Positions 1-8,830 of a stretch of DNA of 64,000 bases are shown in pieces. The stretch lies in the IMG/VR virus record IMGVR_UViG_3300009149_000027, positions 3,060 to 67,059 of that record, one strand, 5' to 3'. The stretch comes from a virus. Position numbers and translations under genes: made by a program. Position 1 is the stretch's first letter. Each line of letters begins with the position of its first letter. The notes below the pieces were generated by a model. That model searched no databases, had not been told where the DNA came from, and saw nothing but the letters and a program-made list of their open reading frames with translations.

Positions 1-187
1 AACCCTCTGCACCGGGAAAACATCTTCTCTCGATACTCCAGATGCCGCACCCTTCAACAATGCAGCATCAGGACCACGACGCCGCCTCTCATGGCCGTGC
101 AGACGCAAGGCGGCTGGCACTCGGTGACTTCCGTTTCCGGCCTCGCTTCGACAGGGGGCCGGAGGCACTACCGCAAAGGAGATAAGC

Positions 188-484
188 ATGAACATCTCAA
201 CTGCCCTCGGCACATCCTTCCCCGCCGCCCGGGGACTTCAAATCATCTACGTCCCCACCCACGCCAACGGCAACCTCAACCATCCAGATTGCGAACAGGG
301 CTTCGTCATGTACACGAAAGTAGACACCGCTTTCGCCTACTGCGCCTTCTGGCGCAAGGGGACTAATGAACTGCGCACCCTCAGCAATGCCGAAGGCGTC
401 TACTACCGTGACCTGATTGCCGCACCCACCCGCTCCCCAGAAGTCGTGGACGCAGCTATCGCCCTGCTGCTACAGGAGGACTAA
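188..484 (+). CDS. hypothetical phage protein
   Basis: AAGGAG RBS upstream; first complete gene of a tightly packed + strand run. Confidence 0.7.
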   Translation: MNISTALGTSFPAARGLQIIYVPTHANGNLNHPDCEQGFVMYTKVDTAFAYCAFWRKGTNELRTLSNAEGVYYRDLIAAPTRSPEVVDAAIALLLQED

Positions 485-489
485 CCCTC

Positions 490-729
490 ATGATTCATGG
501 TAAATACCAAGTCTGGATTGACGCCTACACAGAAACCATGCCCTATCTTCCCATCTGCTTCCACATCGGGGACGATCCCATCGTCGCCTCCCTTTGCGAA
601 AAGACAGCCAGGGAGATTTACCCTAATTTCACCGTGCGCTTTGTCGTTGATGGCCCACCTGTCCCATACGATAAGAGGCCCTATGCTCCCGTATCCGCCG
701 AAAAGCTGAAAGAATCAGGACTCGCATGA
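490..729 (+). CDS. hypothetical phage protein
   Basis: GGAGG RBS; ATGA overlap with next ORF. Confidence 0.6.
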   Translation: MIHGKYQVWIDAYTETMPYLPICFHIGDDPIVASLCEKTAREIYPNFTVRFVVDGPPVPYDKRPYAPVSAEKLKESGLA

Positions 730-1016
730 ACCTGCTCACCCACTACGCCAACTGGCGCAAAGCCCGTATGCTCCAATCGAAACTCGATGATCTTGACCGC
801 ACACGCACCATCAACGCCATGAAATCCCTCGGCTACGAAGGCATGGTGCTGGAAGCCGCTATCGTCGCCCACAACATCCCACCCCAGAGTCTTTGCCTCA
901 TGCTCGCCCACGAGTTCTCCCTCCAAGAAGCCTTGAGCATCTGGGACCACTGCATCGACAATGGCATCGACTTCGACAATGCTTGGGAAGCCGCATCTAA
1001 GGGACAACTATCGTGA
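726..1016 (+). CDS. hypothetical phage protein
   Basis: Stop/start overlaps on both sides. Confidence 0.65.
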   Translation: MNLLTHYANWRKARMLQSKLDDLDRTRTINAMKSLGYEGMVLEAAIVAHNIPPQSLCLMLAHEFSLQEALSIWDHCIDNGIDFDNAWEAASKGQLS

Positions 1017-1408
1017 CAAACTCGGTAGTGGAGTACAACATCCAAACCGCAGAAACCTTCGCCTTGGGTGACACCTCCAAGCCACCTACAGGTGATGTGC
1101 TTATCCGCTTCGTGGGGACAAAGTTCTCCCATTCCGTGGATGGCATGGAGGGTAAGCATGGTTCCGTCGCCCTTATCAAGAAGCAGATGCCAAGCGCATG
1201 TCTTAGCGGGGAATACCCTGTTCCAGAAGTCATCATTTCAGCCAACGGCAATGAGTGGACCTGGGAAGTCGTCTTGGGGATTGCAAAGGAAATGGGTGAA
1301 TTCATCGCCTTTGACCTGAAAAGAATCTCAAACAATTCACTATACAGGTTCGCAAAGTCCATGGTCCAATGGCAAATGGAAGCAAAATCAGCAATCAAAG
1401 GAGCATGA
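1013..1408 (+). CDS. hypothetical phage protein
   Basis: GTGA overlap, 131 aa ORF. Confidence 0.6.
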   Translation: MTNSVVEYNIQTAETFALGDTSKPPTGDVLIRFVGTKFSHSVDGMEGKHGSVALIKKQMPSACLSGEYPVPEVIISANGNEWTWEVVLGIAKEMGEFIAFDLKRISNNSLYRFAKSMVQWQMEAKSAIKGA

Positions 1409-1683
1409 CTATGCAAGGGGACTACGAAATCGGAGGCAGATGGGGAAACCATGTCAGTCTATGGGATAAAGATAAATTCTCTAATACTGACTTGGATACT
1501 CAGTTAGTGCGAGTGTATGGACACAAATCTATTCGTCCACACAAAGGGCAAACTTTAATCGGAGAATTTCGGAAAAGTTTCATAAAGTTTGAATTTGTAA
1601 AAGTTGACCTGTGCGCAGAACCGCAGGATATGTTCTTTGCGGACGTGAAGGCAATAGACCAAATAATAAAGGAGACACCATGA
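1405..1683 (+). CDS. hypothetical phage protein
   Basis: AAGGAG RBS; start at 1405 or 1411. Confidence 0.6.
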   Translation: MTMQGDYEIGGRWGNHVSLWDKDKFSNTDLDTQLVRVYGHKSIRPHKGQTLIGEFRKSFIKFEFVKVDLCAEPQDMFFADVKAIDQIIKETP

Positions 1684-2264
1684 CCCAGTACACCATGACC
1701 GCCGTAAAACCCATCAACCCAGGAGATACCGTCACCGTTGACACGTCCCTGGGCCAAGTCTCCCGCTACCACCCGCCTACACTTGATTTCCTCGTCGGCA
1801 AGAATGTTGCCGTCTCTCTCACTATCTCCCACCATTGCGCAAGCTTGGTCAGAGGCATTCTCAAACACTCCCCTGGCATCTCAAACTATTGCGTCTTCGT
1901 CACCGATACCACCGAATACGGAGGCAGCGCCTTTTGCTTCCAACCGCAGGCCGTTATGAGCATTGCTATCGCCAACTCACCCGTGCCACTTATCACACTC
2001 TACCCTACAGCGCAGGCAAAGCTCCACGAAGATGACTTTGACGCACAAGAGGAAAACGACAAACTCGTCTACGCTGACGAGGGCAACAAGGACCTGTGGC
2101 ATCCCCATACTGTCGTTACCCTCGGCACCGACGTCATCCTGGAACTGGACAACGGCACCCTCAAGATTGGCAGATACAACGCTTCCATGCACGGCTGGGA
2201 GTATGGCACGGGCGTGAATAGAACTGCGACCACCGGCGTAGTACGGTGGAGCTTTGGTGGATAA
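1680..2264 (+). CDS. hypothetical phage protein
   Basis: AAGGAG RBS then ATG 1680, ATGA overlap. Confidence 0.65.
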   Translation: MTQYTMTAVKPINPGDTVTVDTSLGQVSRYHPPTLDFLVGKNVAVSLTISHHCASLVRGILKHSPGISNYCVFVTDTTEYGGSAFCFQPQAVMSIAIANSPVPLITLYPTAQAKLHEDDFDAQEENDKLVYADEGNKDLWHPHTVVTLGTDVILELDNGTLKIGRYNASMHGWEYGTGVNRTATTGVVRWSFGG

Positions 2265-2336
2265 TGGACAATCATGCCGCCGAATGCGCACCGCCGCTTG
2301 TAAGCGAAGAACGTTATGTGGAAAAAGGAACCTGCT

Positions 2337-2858
2337 ATGAAAATCATCAAAACCCCCTTCGGCTACTATTGCACTTCCCCCAACGGACACTACGGTCGCA
2401 CCAATGGCAAATCCATCTACGAAGCTCAAATCCTCTGCGATCCCCACGCAGAAAACATGCGCTCCTTGCTCTCCGCTTACCTCGACGACGTGCAAGCCAT
2501 TGACATCAACCAAAGCTCCACATCTCCCTGCGCCGTGTGCGCTCAGGAAAAAACAAAACCCCACGCCCAGACAATCATCAAAACTCTGGTCAATACTGCG
2601 CAAGGGCACAGAACCTCAAAGCCCAATACAGGAGATACACCAATGTCCTATATCATCATCGCTGACGTAGACACAACCAATGGCGCTAACTCAGGTCACG
2701 TGGATGACGTTCAGGCTCGCATCCTCAAGCAACACAACGGGCACGTCTCTTTCGACATCAACTCCTCCTTCGATACCCAAAAACAAGATACCCTCAACCT
2801 CTGCCAATCCCTCATTAACTCCGGGTTCATTCAGTTCTCCATCCGCCACTCTTACTAG
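2337..2858 (+). CDS. hypothetical phage protein (possible in-frame internal start at 2643)
   Basis: AAGGA RBS before 2337; second AGGAG RBS before in-frame ATG 2643. Confidence 0.55.
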   Translation: MKIIKTPFGYYCTSPNGHYGRTNGKSIYEAQILCDPHAENMRSLLSAYLDDVQAIDINQSSTSPCAVCAQEKTKPHAQTIIKTLVNTAQGHRTSKPNTGDTPMSYIIIADVDTTNGANSGHVDDVQARILKQHNGHVSFDINSSFDTQKQDTLNLCQSLINSGFIQFSIRHSY

Positions 2859-2873
2859 AAAGGAACCGTCACC

Positions 2874-3158
2874 ATGAACCTATACCTGTGGACCAGAATA
2901 AATAGCGTGTCGTACAACCACCATAGCGAGGGCGGACTTGTCGTCATCGCCAAGAATATCGAGAATGCCGCCGAACTGATTGCTCAGTACAACGAAAAGG
3001 CAAGAAAAGAAAAAGGTTACGACCGAGATGCTATCGCTTTCGCTCCCCTTGACGAGAGAGATAAGCAGGAAAAAATGTTTGGCGAATACATCCCCTATCA
3101 GCTAGATGGTTTCATCGCACCAGACATCTTTGTATTTCCAGACGCCGGTTGCTGCTGA
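2874..3158 (+). CDS. hypothetical phage protein ending FPDAGCC
   Basis: AAGGA RBS; 94 aa. Confidence 0.65.
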   Translation: MNLYLWTRINSVSYNHHSEGGLVVIAKNIENAAELIAQYNEKARKEKGYDRDAIAFAPLDERDKQEKMFGEYIPYQLDGFIAPDIFVFPDAGCC

Positions 3159-3338
3159 ATGGCACACTTGCCGCCACGCACGAATGCCGCCTGCCGACAA
3201 CCGCCTACCGTCACCGTGTGTCGTGTGTCGTGAGACGGATTAACACCTGCTGTAAACATTATGATTCCCTTGGCAGAAAATCAACGGCTTTAGCTGCTGG
3301 ATGAATGTTTTTGTATGTTATGCGATGACATACGCAAC

Positions 3339-3367
3339 TTGCATATTGCATAACAATGCGTTATACT
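3339..3367 (+). promoter_or_regulatory. sigma70-type promoter for tnpB (probably leaderless)
   Basis: TTGCAT-17 bp-TATACT, ATG at 3374. Confidence 0.55.
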
Positions 3368-3373
3368 GCATCT

Positions 3374-4495
3374 ATGAAAACGTACAAATATCGCATTTAC
3401 CCAACAACGGCCCAAGAGACAATTCTGGCTAAGATGCTAGAAGAGTGTCGCTGGCTGTACAACAAAGTTCTGGAAACCCGTAAAAAAAGCTATGAGTTGC
3501 AAGGTGTGTCCCTGGGCAACTACGATACAATGACCATGATTCCAGATTGGAAGCTAAATAGACCTTCTCTCAAAGCTGTTCATTCTCAAGTTCTGCAAAA
3601 TGTAAATATGCGTGTTGACCTGGCTTTTCAAGCCTTTTTTCGACGTGTCAAAGCTGGTGAAACTCCCGGTTACCCCCGATTCAAGGGCTATGGCCGCTAC
3701 GATAGCATGACGTTTCCGCAATACGGGAACGGTGCAAAACTGGTAGGTAATGTTCTAACTCTATCTAAGCTGGGCAATGTCAAGGTAAAACTTCACCGAG
3801 AGTTCTGCGGAACATCCAAGACGGTCACGATACGCCGTTCGTCTACCGGCAAGTGGTTCGCTTGTCTTTCTTGCGAATGCGAAGCAACGCCATTGCCAGA
3901 CGGACAAAAGGTTGTCGGAGTTGACGTGGGACTCTCCACATTTGCCACGCTGTCTAACGGCGAAAAGATAGACAACCCTCGATTCTTCAAAACAGAACAA
4001 GATGCACTCGGCAAAGCCCAACGCCGCATGGAGAAGGAAGCGAAGGGTACGCCACAACGGGCCAATCGTCGTAAAGTTGTGGCGCGTATCCACGAACGAA
4101 TAGCCAATCGGCGCACTGACTTTGCCCACAAAACTTCCCGCAAACTTGTCAACACCTACGGCACAATTGTCTTTGAGAAACTCGCCGTAGTCGATATGAT
4201 GTCCAATCACACAAAAGTCTTTGGCAACAAGCTTAATAAGAGTATCGCTGACGCCGCTTGGAGTCAGCTTGCACAGTTCACAGCCTACAAAGCGGAAGAT
4301 GCTGGCAGGTTGTTCTTGCAAGTTGACCCTCGCAATACCAGTAAAAAATGCTCTCGCTGTGGCTTGCTTGTTGAAAAAGACTTGAGTGTTCGTATTCATA
4401 ATTGTCCACATTGCGGCTTGGTTCTCGATAGAGACGTAAACGCTGCTATCAACATTCTTTCGTTGGGATTACAACGAATGGGTTCACATCCCTAG
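3374..4495 (+). CDS. tnpB: TnpB RNA-guided endonuclease
   Basis: YKYRIYPT N-terminal HTH, RuvC D (GVDVG), E (VFEKL), D (DRDVNAAINI), Zn finger CSRCG/CPHCG. Confidence 0.95.
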   Translation: MKTYKYRIYPTTAQETILAKMLEECRWLYNKVLETRKKSYELQGVSLGNYDTMTMIPDWKLNRPSLKAVHSQVLQNVNMRVDLAFQAFFRRVKAGETPGYPRFKGYGRYDSMTFPQYGNGAKLVGNVLTLSKLGNVKVKLHREFCGTSKTVTIRRSSTGKWFACLSCECEATPLPDGQKVVGVDVGLSTFATLSNGEKIDNPRFFKTEQDALGKAQRRMEKEAKGTPQRANRRKVVARIHERIANRRTDFAHKTSRKLVNTYGTIVFEKLAVVDMMSNHTKVFGNKLNKSIADAAWSQLAQFTAYKAEDAGRLFLQVDPRNTSKKCSRCGLLVEKDLSVRIHNCPHCGLVLDRDVNAAINILSLGLQRMGSHP

Positions 4496-4838
4496 AAGCC
4501 CACAGCTTTAGTCGTGGGAGTAATCACGTAGAGACGCTTTGTAGAAAATAAAAATAGGATTAGGGTAGTGACACGCCTAACCCGCCGACCGCCCCCTCAC
4601 GCAATTTCGGGCCACCCCCTCCACGTCATCCGCTCCCCCGTGCCGCTACAGTCGCCCTGCTACACGTTCTCGCCCCCATGCCCCCATGCCACCCTGCGGA
4701 CGGCTTGCAACATTGCGCCACGTGGCGGGCGTCGTGTGCGTTCTGGGGCTGGGAACGTGGGCACGGCTGGGGGTTGCGGAAGACGGCGGGGAGATAGGAG
4801 ACCTGGGGACGGCTTCGGGGAGACGAGCGGGCAAAGAG

Positions 4839-4870
4839 AGACCCGGCTGGGGGAGCCGGGTCTTTGTTTT
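4839..4870. terminator. intrinsic terminator hairpin
   Basis: AGACCCGGCT/AGCCGGGTCT 10-bp stem followed by T-rich tract; lies between convergent blocks. Confidence 0.7.
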
Positions 4871-4891
4871 GCTATGGGGTTTGGCGTGAGG

Positions 4892-5173
4892 TTAAACAAC
4901 ACGCCGGGCGGTTTTGCTTTCCCTCCCAATCGCATACAAGCTGCCATTGGGTAGCTTTACGTATCCCACTGCGTCTGTATGCCCTCCCGTTCCCAGGTTG
5001 TCATATATGCGCATACTTCCCATGCGAAATTGTCGGTTGATTTGCTTCCTGGTTGGGTTGTCAATTCCTGGGGTTACATATTGCATGTTCACAATCTTTC
5101 CATTGTATCCCGCCAAGACGTGGAGGCTTGACGCTTCCTGTAACTCTCTCATTATTTCGTCTGTGGTTCCCAT
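4892..5173 (-). CDS. hypothetical protein
   Basis: GGAGGG RBS; last gene of a minus-strand run. Confidence 0.6.
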   Translation of the reverse strand: MGTTDEIMRELQEASSLHVLAGYNGKIVNMQYVTPGIDNPTRKQINRQFRMGSMRIYDNLGTGGHTDAVGYVKLPNGSLYAIGRESKTARRVV

Positions 5174-5177
5174 AGCA

Positions 5178-5423
5178 TCACCCCTCCGCCCAGATCAGGC
5201 ACACCGTCGGCGAGCCGTGGCCAAAGCTGGCCAGGTCCACGCCTACGCACTGCTCGCCCGTGGCCGGCACCGTGTAGGCGTACCCGTAAGCGTCCCACGT
5301 GGCCACGGCAATCATAAGCAGGATAGCGGCAATCCCTACGCACCAGGCCGCCCGTATGCGCCCAGGGTGGCGAGGGTGCAAGCGGTTGGTTCGGGGTGCG
5401 GTTGTGTCTGTGAAGTTGGTCAT
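5178..5423 (-). CDS. small membrane protein
   Basis: GAGGAG RBS; hydrophobic segment WCVGIAAILLMIAVA. Confidence 0.6.
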   Translation of the reverse strand: MTNFTDTTAPRTNRLHPRHPGRIRAAWCVGIAAILLMIAVATWDAYGYAYTVPATGEQCVGVDLASFGHGSPTVCLIWAEG

Positions 5424-5650
5424 AGTTCGGTCTCCTCTTGTGTAGGTTGACAGTTGCCGATACCGAAAAGATGGCACGAGCGGCTGTAGTCGGCGACAAT
5501 GCCAAAAGCGGCGGCGGCGGCATGATTGCACTGGATGGCGGCGGCGGTATTTTCGGCAAGTGCGGGGATTGCCTTGGATGATTCGATGGCTTGCCAGGTG
5601 TCGTGAGCGAGTAGGCCGGCTATACGTTGCTGTGCGGTCTCAAGTTTCAT
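5420..5650 (-). CDS. hypothetical protein
   Basis: ATGA overlaps on both sides. Confidence 0.5.
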   Translation of the reverse strand: MKLETAQQRIAGLLAHDTWQAIESSKAIPALAENTAAAIQCNHAAAAAFGIVADYSRSCHLFGIGNCQPTQEETEL

Positions 5651-5973
5651 GATTGGTTGCCCCAGACCGGTCGGTCGGCCTCATTGACCCATTCATCACA
5701 GATGCAAAAATCTCGTGTCCCGCGTGCAAGCCGGCCGGTTGAGACCTTGCGCTGGCGATACAGACCGGACCAGATAATTTTTGTCGCATAGTCCCGTACA
5801 GGCAGATTGCGGTCAGTCTCTTCAAATCGATACGACAAATCGCCCGTCCACTCGGAGAGATAACCGCCTACTGACGTGCCGCTGGCGACTCGTGCCGCTT
5901 GCTCTGCCGTCGCACGTGTGCGGGCTATCGCTGCCATGCGTTCCTCGTGTGTTGCTGTGTTCATGGTGCCCAT
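5647..5973 (-). CDS. hypothetical protein
   Basis: GGAG RBS; downstream of promoter at 6027-6055. Confidence 0.55.
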   Translation of the reverse strand: MGTMNTATHEERMAAIARTRATAEQAARVASGTSVGGYLSEWTGDLSYRFEETDRNLPVRDYATKIIWSGLYRQRKVSTGRLARGTRDFCICDEWVNEADRPVWGNQS

Positions 5974-6026
5974 TCTCCATTGGTGTGCTGCATTGGATAG
6001 AATCAGTTATCAATCAACTCTCCACT

Positions 6027-6055
6027 ATCATAGCAGGTTTTGCGGCCATAATCAA
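6027..6055 (-). promoter_or_regulatory. sigma70-type promoter
   Basis: TTGATT-17-TATGAT on minus strand. Confidence 0.55.
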
Positions 6056-6470
6056 CCCCCAATTGTGGAGTTTTCTATACGCAAAGGCTACGTTTACCCT
6101 CCGATTGCCCTCCGCTAGCGTCTTATGTGAACTACGTACATTTGTATGCCACTGGGCCGAAAATCGCATAATGATAGCCAAAAAGCCGGGTTTAGGCAAA
6201 AGTGCGGCGGCGGCCAGGCCGAAAATCCGCCGTCAACCGTGCGAATAGACATAATAAACCGAACTATACATAATACCGTGTACCCCTGCGCATATCCGAC
6301 GCAAAGCCGACGCATTGCATATGTCCGATTCATTTTTACCCGATTCTTTTTTACAAATCCGATTCATTTCTCCGATTACCCGAAGCTGGAACGCAAAAAT
6401 CGCCGATGCTCCCGGCGGTTTGCTTGCTCTCATGCGATTGTGGCCACTGCTGGCGGTGATTCTGCCCGAT

Positions 6471-7037
6471 TCAGTCGGCAGCTGCGTCCTCTGCCTCGTC
6501 TCCTGCGCCTACCTCTGCCTCAATCATGCGGTAATCACCCTCTACCTCGGTGGTATCCGCCTCAATTGCGGCCATTTCGTTGTTGATTGCGCCGAAATCC
6601 GGCGGCTTTGGTGCATCTGCGCCCCAGCTAAACACAACGTTGACATTGTTACCGGCTGGCGTGCCTAACTGGTACAGCCCCTGGATGGTAGAGCGCTGCA
6701 CGATGCAATGGGCGACGCCGGATAGCGCTTTGATGTCGTCTGTCCGGTTGTAGTGCTGCCAATATACCCGCTCCAGGTTGTCGAATTTGGCGATAGCGGT
6801 GGATTGGTACACGTCTACGTTTTGCAGCTTGTCTTGCTGCCACTGCTTACGGATTACGGCAACGTCGGTATAGATGTCATCACGCAAAAGGGGCAGGGGC
6901 CGGGCGGTATCCTCTTCATTAATGCGGTCTACAATCTCTCCTGATGGCAACCCCTGAAGCAACAAAGCGGCAATGGTAGCAAGGTCTTTTTCTCTTTGCC
7001 TCTCCGATCTTTTTGAAGTTATGCGGTTGCTTAACAT
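6471..7037 (-). CDS. terminase small subunit-like HTH protein
   Basis: HTH-like N-terminus, D..VIRKQW, AKFDNLERVYW, GVAHCIVQRSTIQGL pattern, acidic tail; recognised from memory of phage TerS-like proteins. Confidence 0.6.
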   Translation of the reverse strand: MLSNRITSKRSERQREKDLATIAALLLQGLPSGEIVDRINEEDTARPLPLLRDDIYTDVAVIRKQWQQDKLQNVDVYQSTAIAKFDNLERVYWQHYNRTDDIKALSGVAHCIVQRSTIQGLYQLGTPAGNNVNVVFSWGADAPKPPDFGAINNEMAAIEADTTEVEGDYRMIEAEVGAGDEAEDAAAD

Positions 7038-7044
7038 AATAAAC

Positions 7045-7158
7045 TTATCCCAAATTATCCCTAAGTTATCCCAAATTTGGCGGTAGTTATCCCAAATCTC
7101 GGGCGAGTTATCCCAAATTTGTAGGTATAATCCCTATTTTTGGGTAGTTATCCCAAAT
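7045..7158. repeat. phased TTATCCCAAAT repeat array
   Basis: Copies at 7045, 7066, 7087, 7108, 7148; degenerate at 7055 and 7128. Confidence 0.9.
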
Positions 7159-7180
7159 GGGGGGATTGGGATATGGTGAT

Positions 7181-7209
7181 ATTTTAGCACAGAAAGAACC
7201 CCGGATCAA
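7181..7209 (-). promoter_or_regulatory. promoter for terS-like gene
   Basis: TTGATC-17-TAAAAT with extended TG on minus strand. Confidence 0.55.
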
Positions 7210-7227
7210 GGGGGATGATCCGGGGTT
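7197..7227 (-). terminator. intrinsic terminator hairpin
   Basis: AACCCCGGATCA/TGATCCGGGGTT 12-bp stem downstream of ORF 7242-7472. Confidence 0.65.
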
Positions 7228-7241
7228 GGGTGGTGAGCAAG

Positions 7242-7472
7242 TTATGCGTAAAATGATACAACCTCGCCGGACCTGCTATCGTGATGACTGATGATGTCCA
7301 CGCCGTCACGGTCCAGGGTTGCGGTGTGCGAGGCAATCAGTGCGGCGGCATACCCTGCGCCACGGCCACGGAAGCGATCAGGCTTGTAATAGCGATCTAG
7401 AAACTGCTCTACCGTCGCCACGTCTGTCACCTGATATTTTCGCCATGCTACTTGGGGATTCCAAAGGTCCAT
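7242..7472 (-). CDS. hypothetical protein
   Basis: GAGGAG RBS. Confidence 0.65.
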   Translation of the reverse strand: MDLWNPQVAWRKYQVTDVATVEQFLDRYYKPDRFRGRGAGYAAALIASHTATLDRDGVDIISHHDSRSGEVVSFYA

Positions 7473-7538
7473 GTGTGAATCTCCTCTGTGTTTTGTGTTG
7501 GGTGGTTTGCCAGGGCGGGGGGTGGCCCTGGGGGTGGG

Positions 7539-7733
7539 TTACTCTACTCGGTGCGCTGCCTCTTGTGCCCGCACGCCCGAAGAAACCAGCTTGACAAACT
7601 TCTCGGCCTTGCCCTTCGTGCTGAATTTGAAATAACTGTCCGGGTTAACTGCGTGCGGTCCGCTGAGGTCGGCAATCCAGCCACTCGCCCCGGCCTCTAC
7701 TTCGCTGGCTTTGAATACGTTCTTAATCGTCAT
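7539..7733 (-). CDS. hypothetical protein
   Basis: AGGAG RBS; promoter upstream. Confidence 0.65.
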   Translation of the reverse strand: MTIKNVFKASEVEAGASGWIADLSGPHAVNPDSYFKFSTKGKAEKFVKLVSSGVRAQEAAHRVE

Positions 7734-7789
7734 CGTTCATTCTCCTGTGTGTAATGTGGCGAAAATCGTTATCAATCAACTTCCATTCT

Positions 7790-7818
7790 ATTATGCGCCC
7801 ATTTTCCCGGTTTGTCAA
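7790..7818 (-). promoter_or_regulatory. sigma70-type promoter (leftward of a divergent pair)
   Basis: TTGACA-17-CATAAT. Confidence 0.7.
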
Positions 7819-7888
7819 CCCCTAATATAGCATTATCGGCAAAGATGCGTAATTATACGTATTTATTGAGAAATGGGAATATTGGGTA

Positions 7889-7917
7889 TTGACACCGTGA
7901 GGAAATGGGTGTAATAT
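7889..7917 (+). promoter_or_regulatory. sigma70-type promoter (rightward of a divergent pair)
   Basis: TTGACA-17-TAATAT. Confidence 0.65.
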
Positions 7918-7983
7918 GGATGCAGAGCCGGATGATAGATAACAAGTCGCCACGCAACACTAGCCATGAGGAGAGAATAACCG

Positions 7984-8190
7984 ATGACATACCGTCAATT
8001 TGTAGCCCATTATAAGAGAAACGTACTTCCCCACATTCAAGCCACCTACGAAAAGGGCGGGCGAAAAGACATCCCCGCACGGCGTCAGGCGTTCAACGAA
8101 GAAATGGACAGCCTTTGTCGCAGTGGCCAGATCACTGACAAGCAGGCGAGAACCTGGGACGGATTGCCCCGAAGCCTTGCCAAAAAGTAA
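7984..8190 (+). CDS. hypothetical protein
   Basis: GAGGAG RBS. Confidence 0.7.
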   Translation: MTYRQFVAHYKRNVLPHIQATYEKGGRKDIPARRQAFNEEMDSLCRSGQITDKQARTWDGLPRSLAKK

Positions 8191-8246
8191 GCCGCCACAT
8201 AACACAACCGGGGAGGGTTGCCCCTCCCCCATGAAAGGATCTGGCC

Positions 8247-8444
8247 ATGAAGGGCACCAAAGAATTTGAGGAACTACAGAGGGAATTCGAGAAGCAAGCC
8301 CCCAAGGTGACACGCCACCCCGTCGAGCGGGTCGATAAGGGTGAGAAGGTCCCCGCCGATGTGTTCTACCGGCACGGAAGCACAAATGAACTATTTCACA
8401 CGTTCATGCTGGGCTATTCATTTGCTAAATATATCTATCAATAG
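8247..8444 (+). CDS. hypothetical protein
   Basis: AAGGA RBS. Confidence 0.65.
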   Translation: MKGTKEFEELQREFEKQAPKVTRHPVERVDKGEKVPADVFYRHGSTNELFHTFMLGYSFAKYIYQ

Positions 8445-8507
8445 GAGGGGGGATTCCCAATCTATCCGACGTATCCGACACACTTTTACACGAGGAGAAA
8501 ACGACCG

Positions 8508-8810
8508 ATGCAAGGCAAGGACATAGCAACTATCATCATCCAGCAATTGGGCGGCTACGGGAAGCTGAAGGCCATGATCAACGCCCGCAATATGGCGTAT
8601 GACGACAATTCCCTTTCGTTCCGCTTCTCAGGGTATCGCAAGGCTGTTTTTTGTCGAATCACCCTCACCAGCCTGGATCTCTACCACATGCGCCTTTTCA
8701 AGGTGGACAAATACGGGACAATCAAAACCGCATTCGAGTTGGGCGGAATGTATAACGACATGCTGATCCCCGTCTTTGAATCGGCCACCGGCCTACGCCT
8801 GAGTTTATAG
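8508..8810 (+). CDS. conserved-looking hypothetical phage protein
   Basis: GAGGAG RBS; A.TI..QLGG ... FE..TGL.LSL pattern. Confidence 0.7.
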   Translation: MQGKDIATIIIQQLGGYGKLKAMINARNMAYDDNSLSFRFSGYRKAVFCRITLTSLDLYHMRLFKVDKYGTIKTAFELGGMYNDMLIPVFESATGLRLSL

Positions 8811-8830
8811 CCAAGAGGAGAAAATAACCG

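Larger units (their letters stand above)
3275..4527 (+). mobile_element. IS200/IS605-family element, tnpB only (IS1341-like)
   Basis: Left-end hairpin AATCAACGGCTTTAGCTGCTGGATGAAT (~3279-3307); right end GAAGCCCACAGCTTTAGTCGTGGGAGTAATCAC (4495-4527); no tnpA. Confidence 0.85.

Noticed and set aside
3214-3233. Short tandem CGTGTGT repeat
   Set aside because: About 2.5 copies only, with no supporting context
7045-7158. TTATCCCAAAT array as a mini-CRISPR
   Set aside because: 11-bp repeats with ~10-bp spacers are too short and look like iterons or operators
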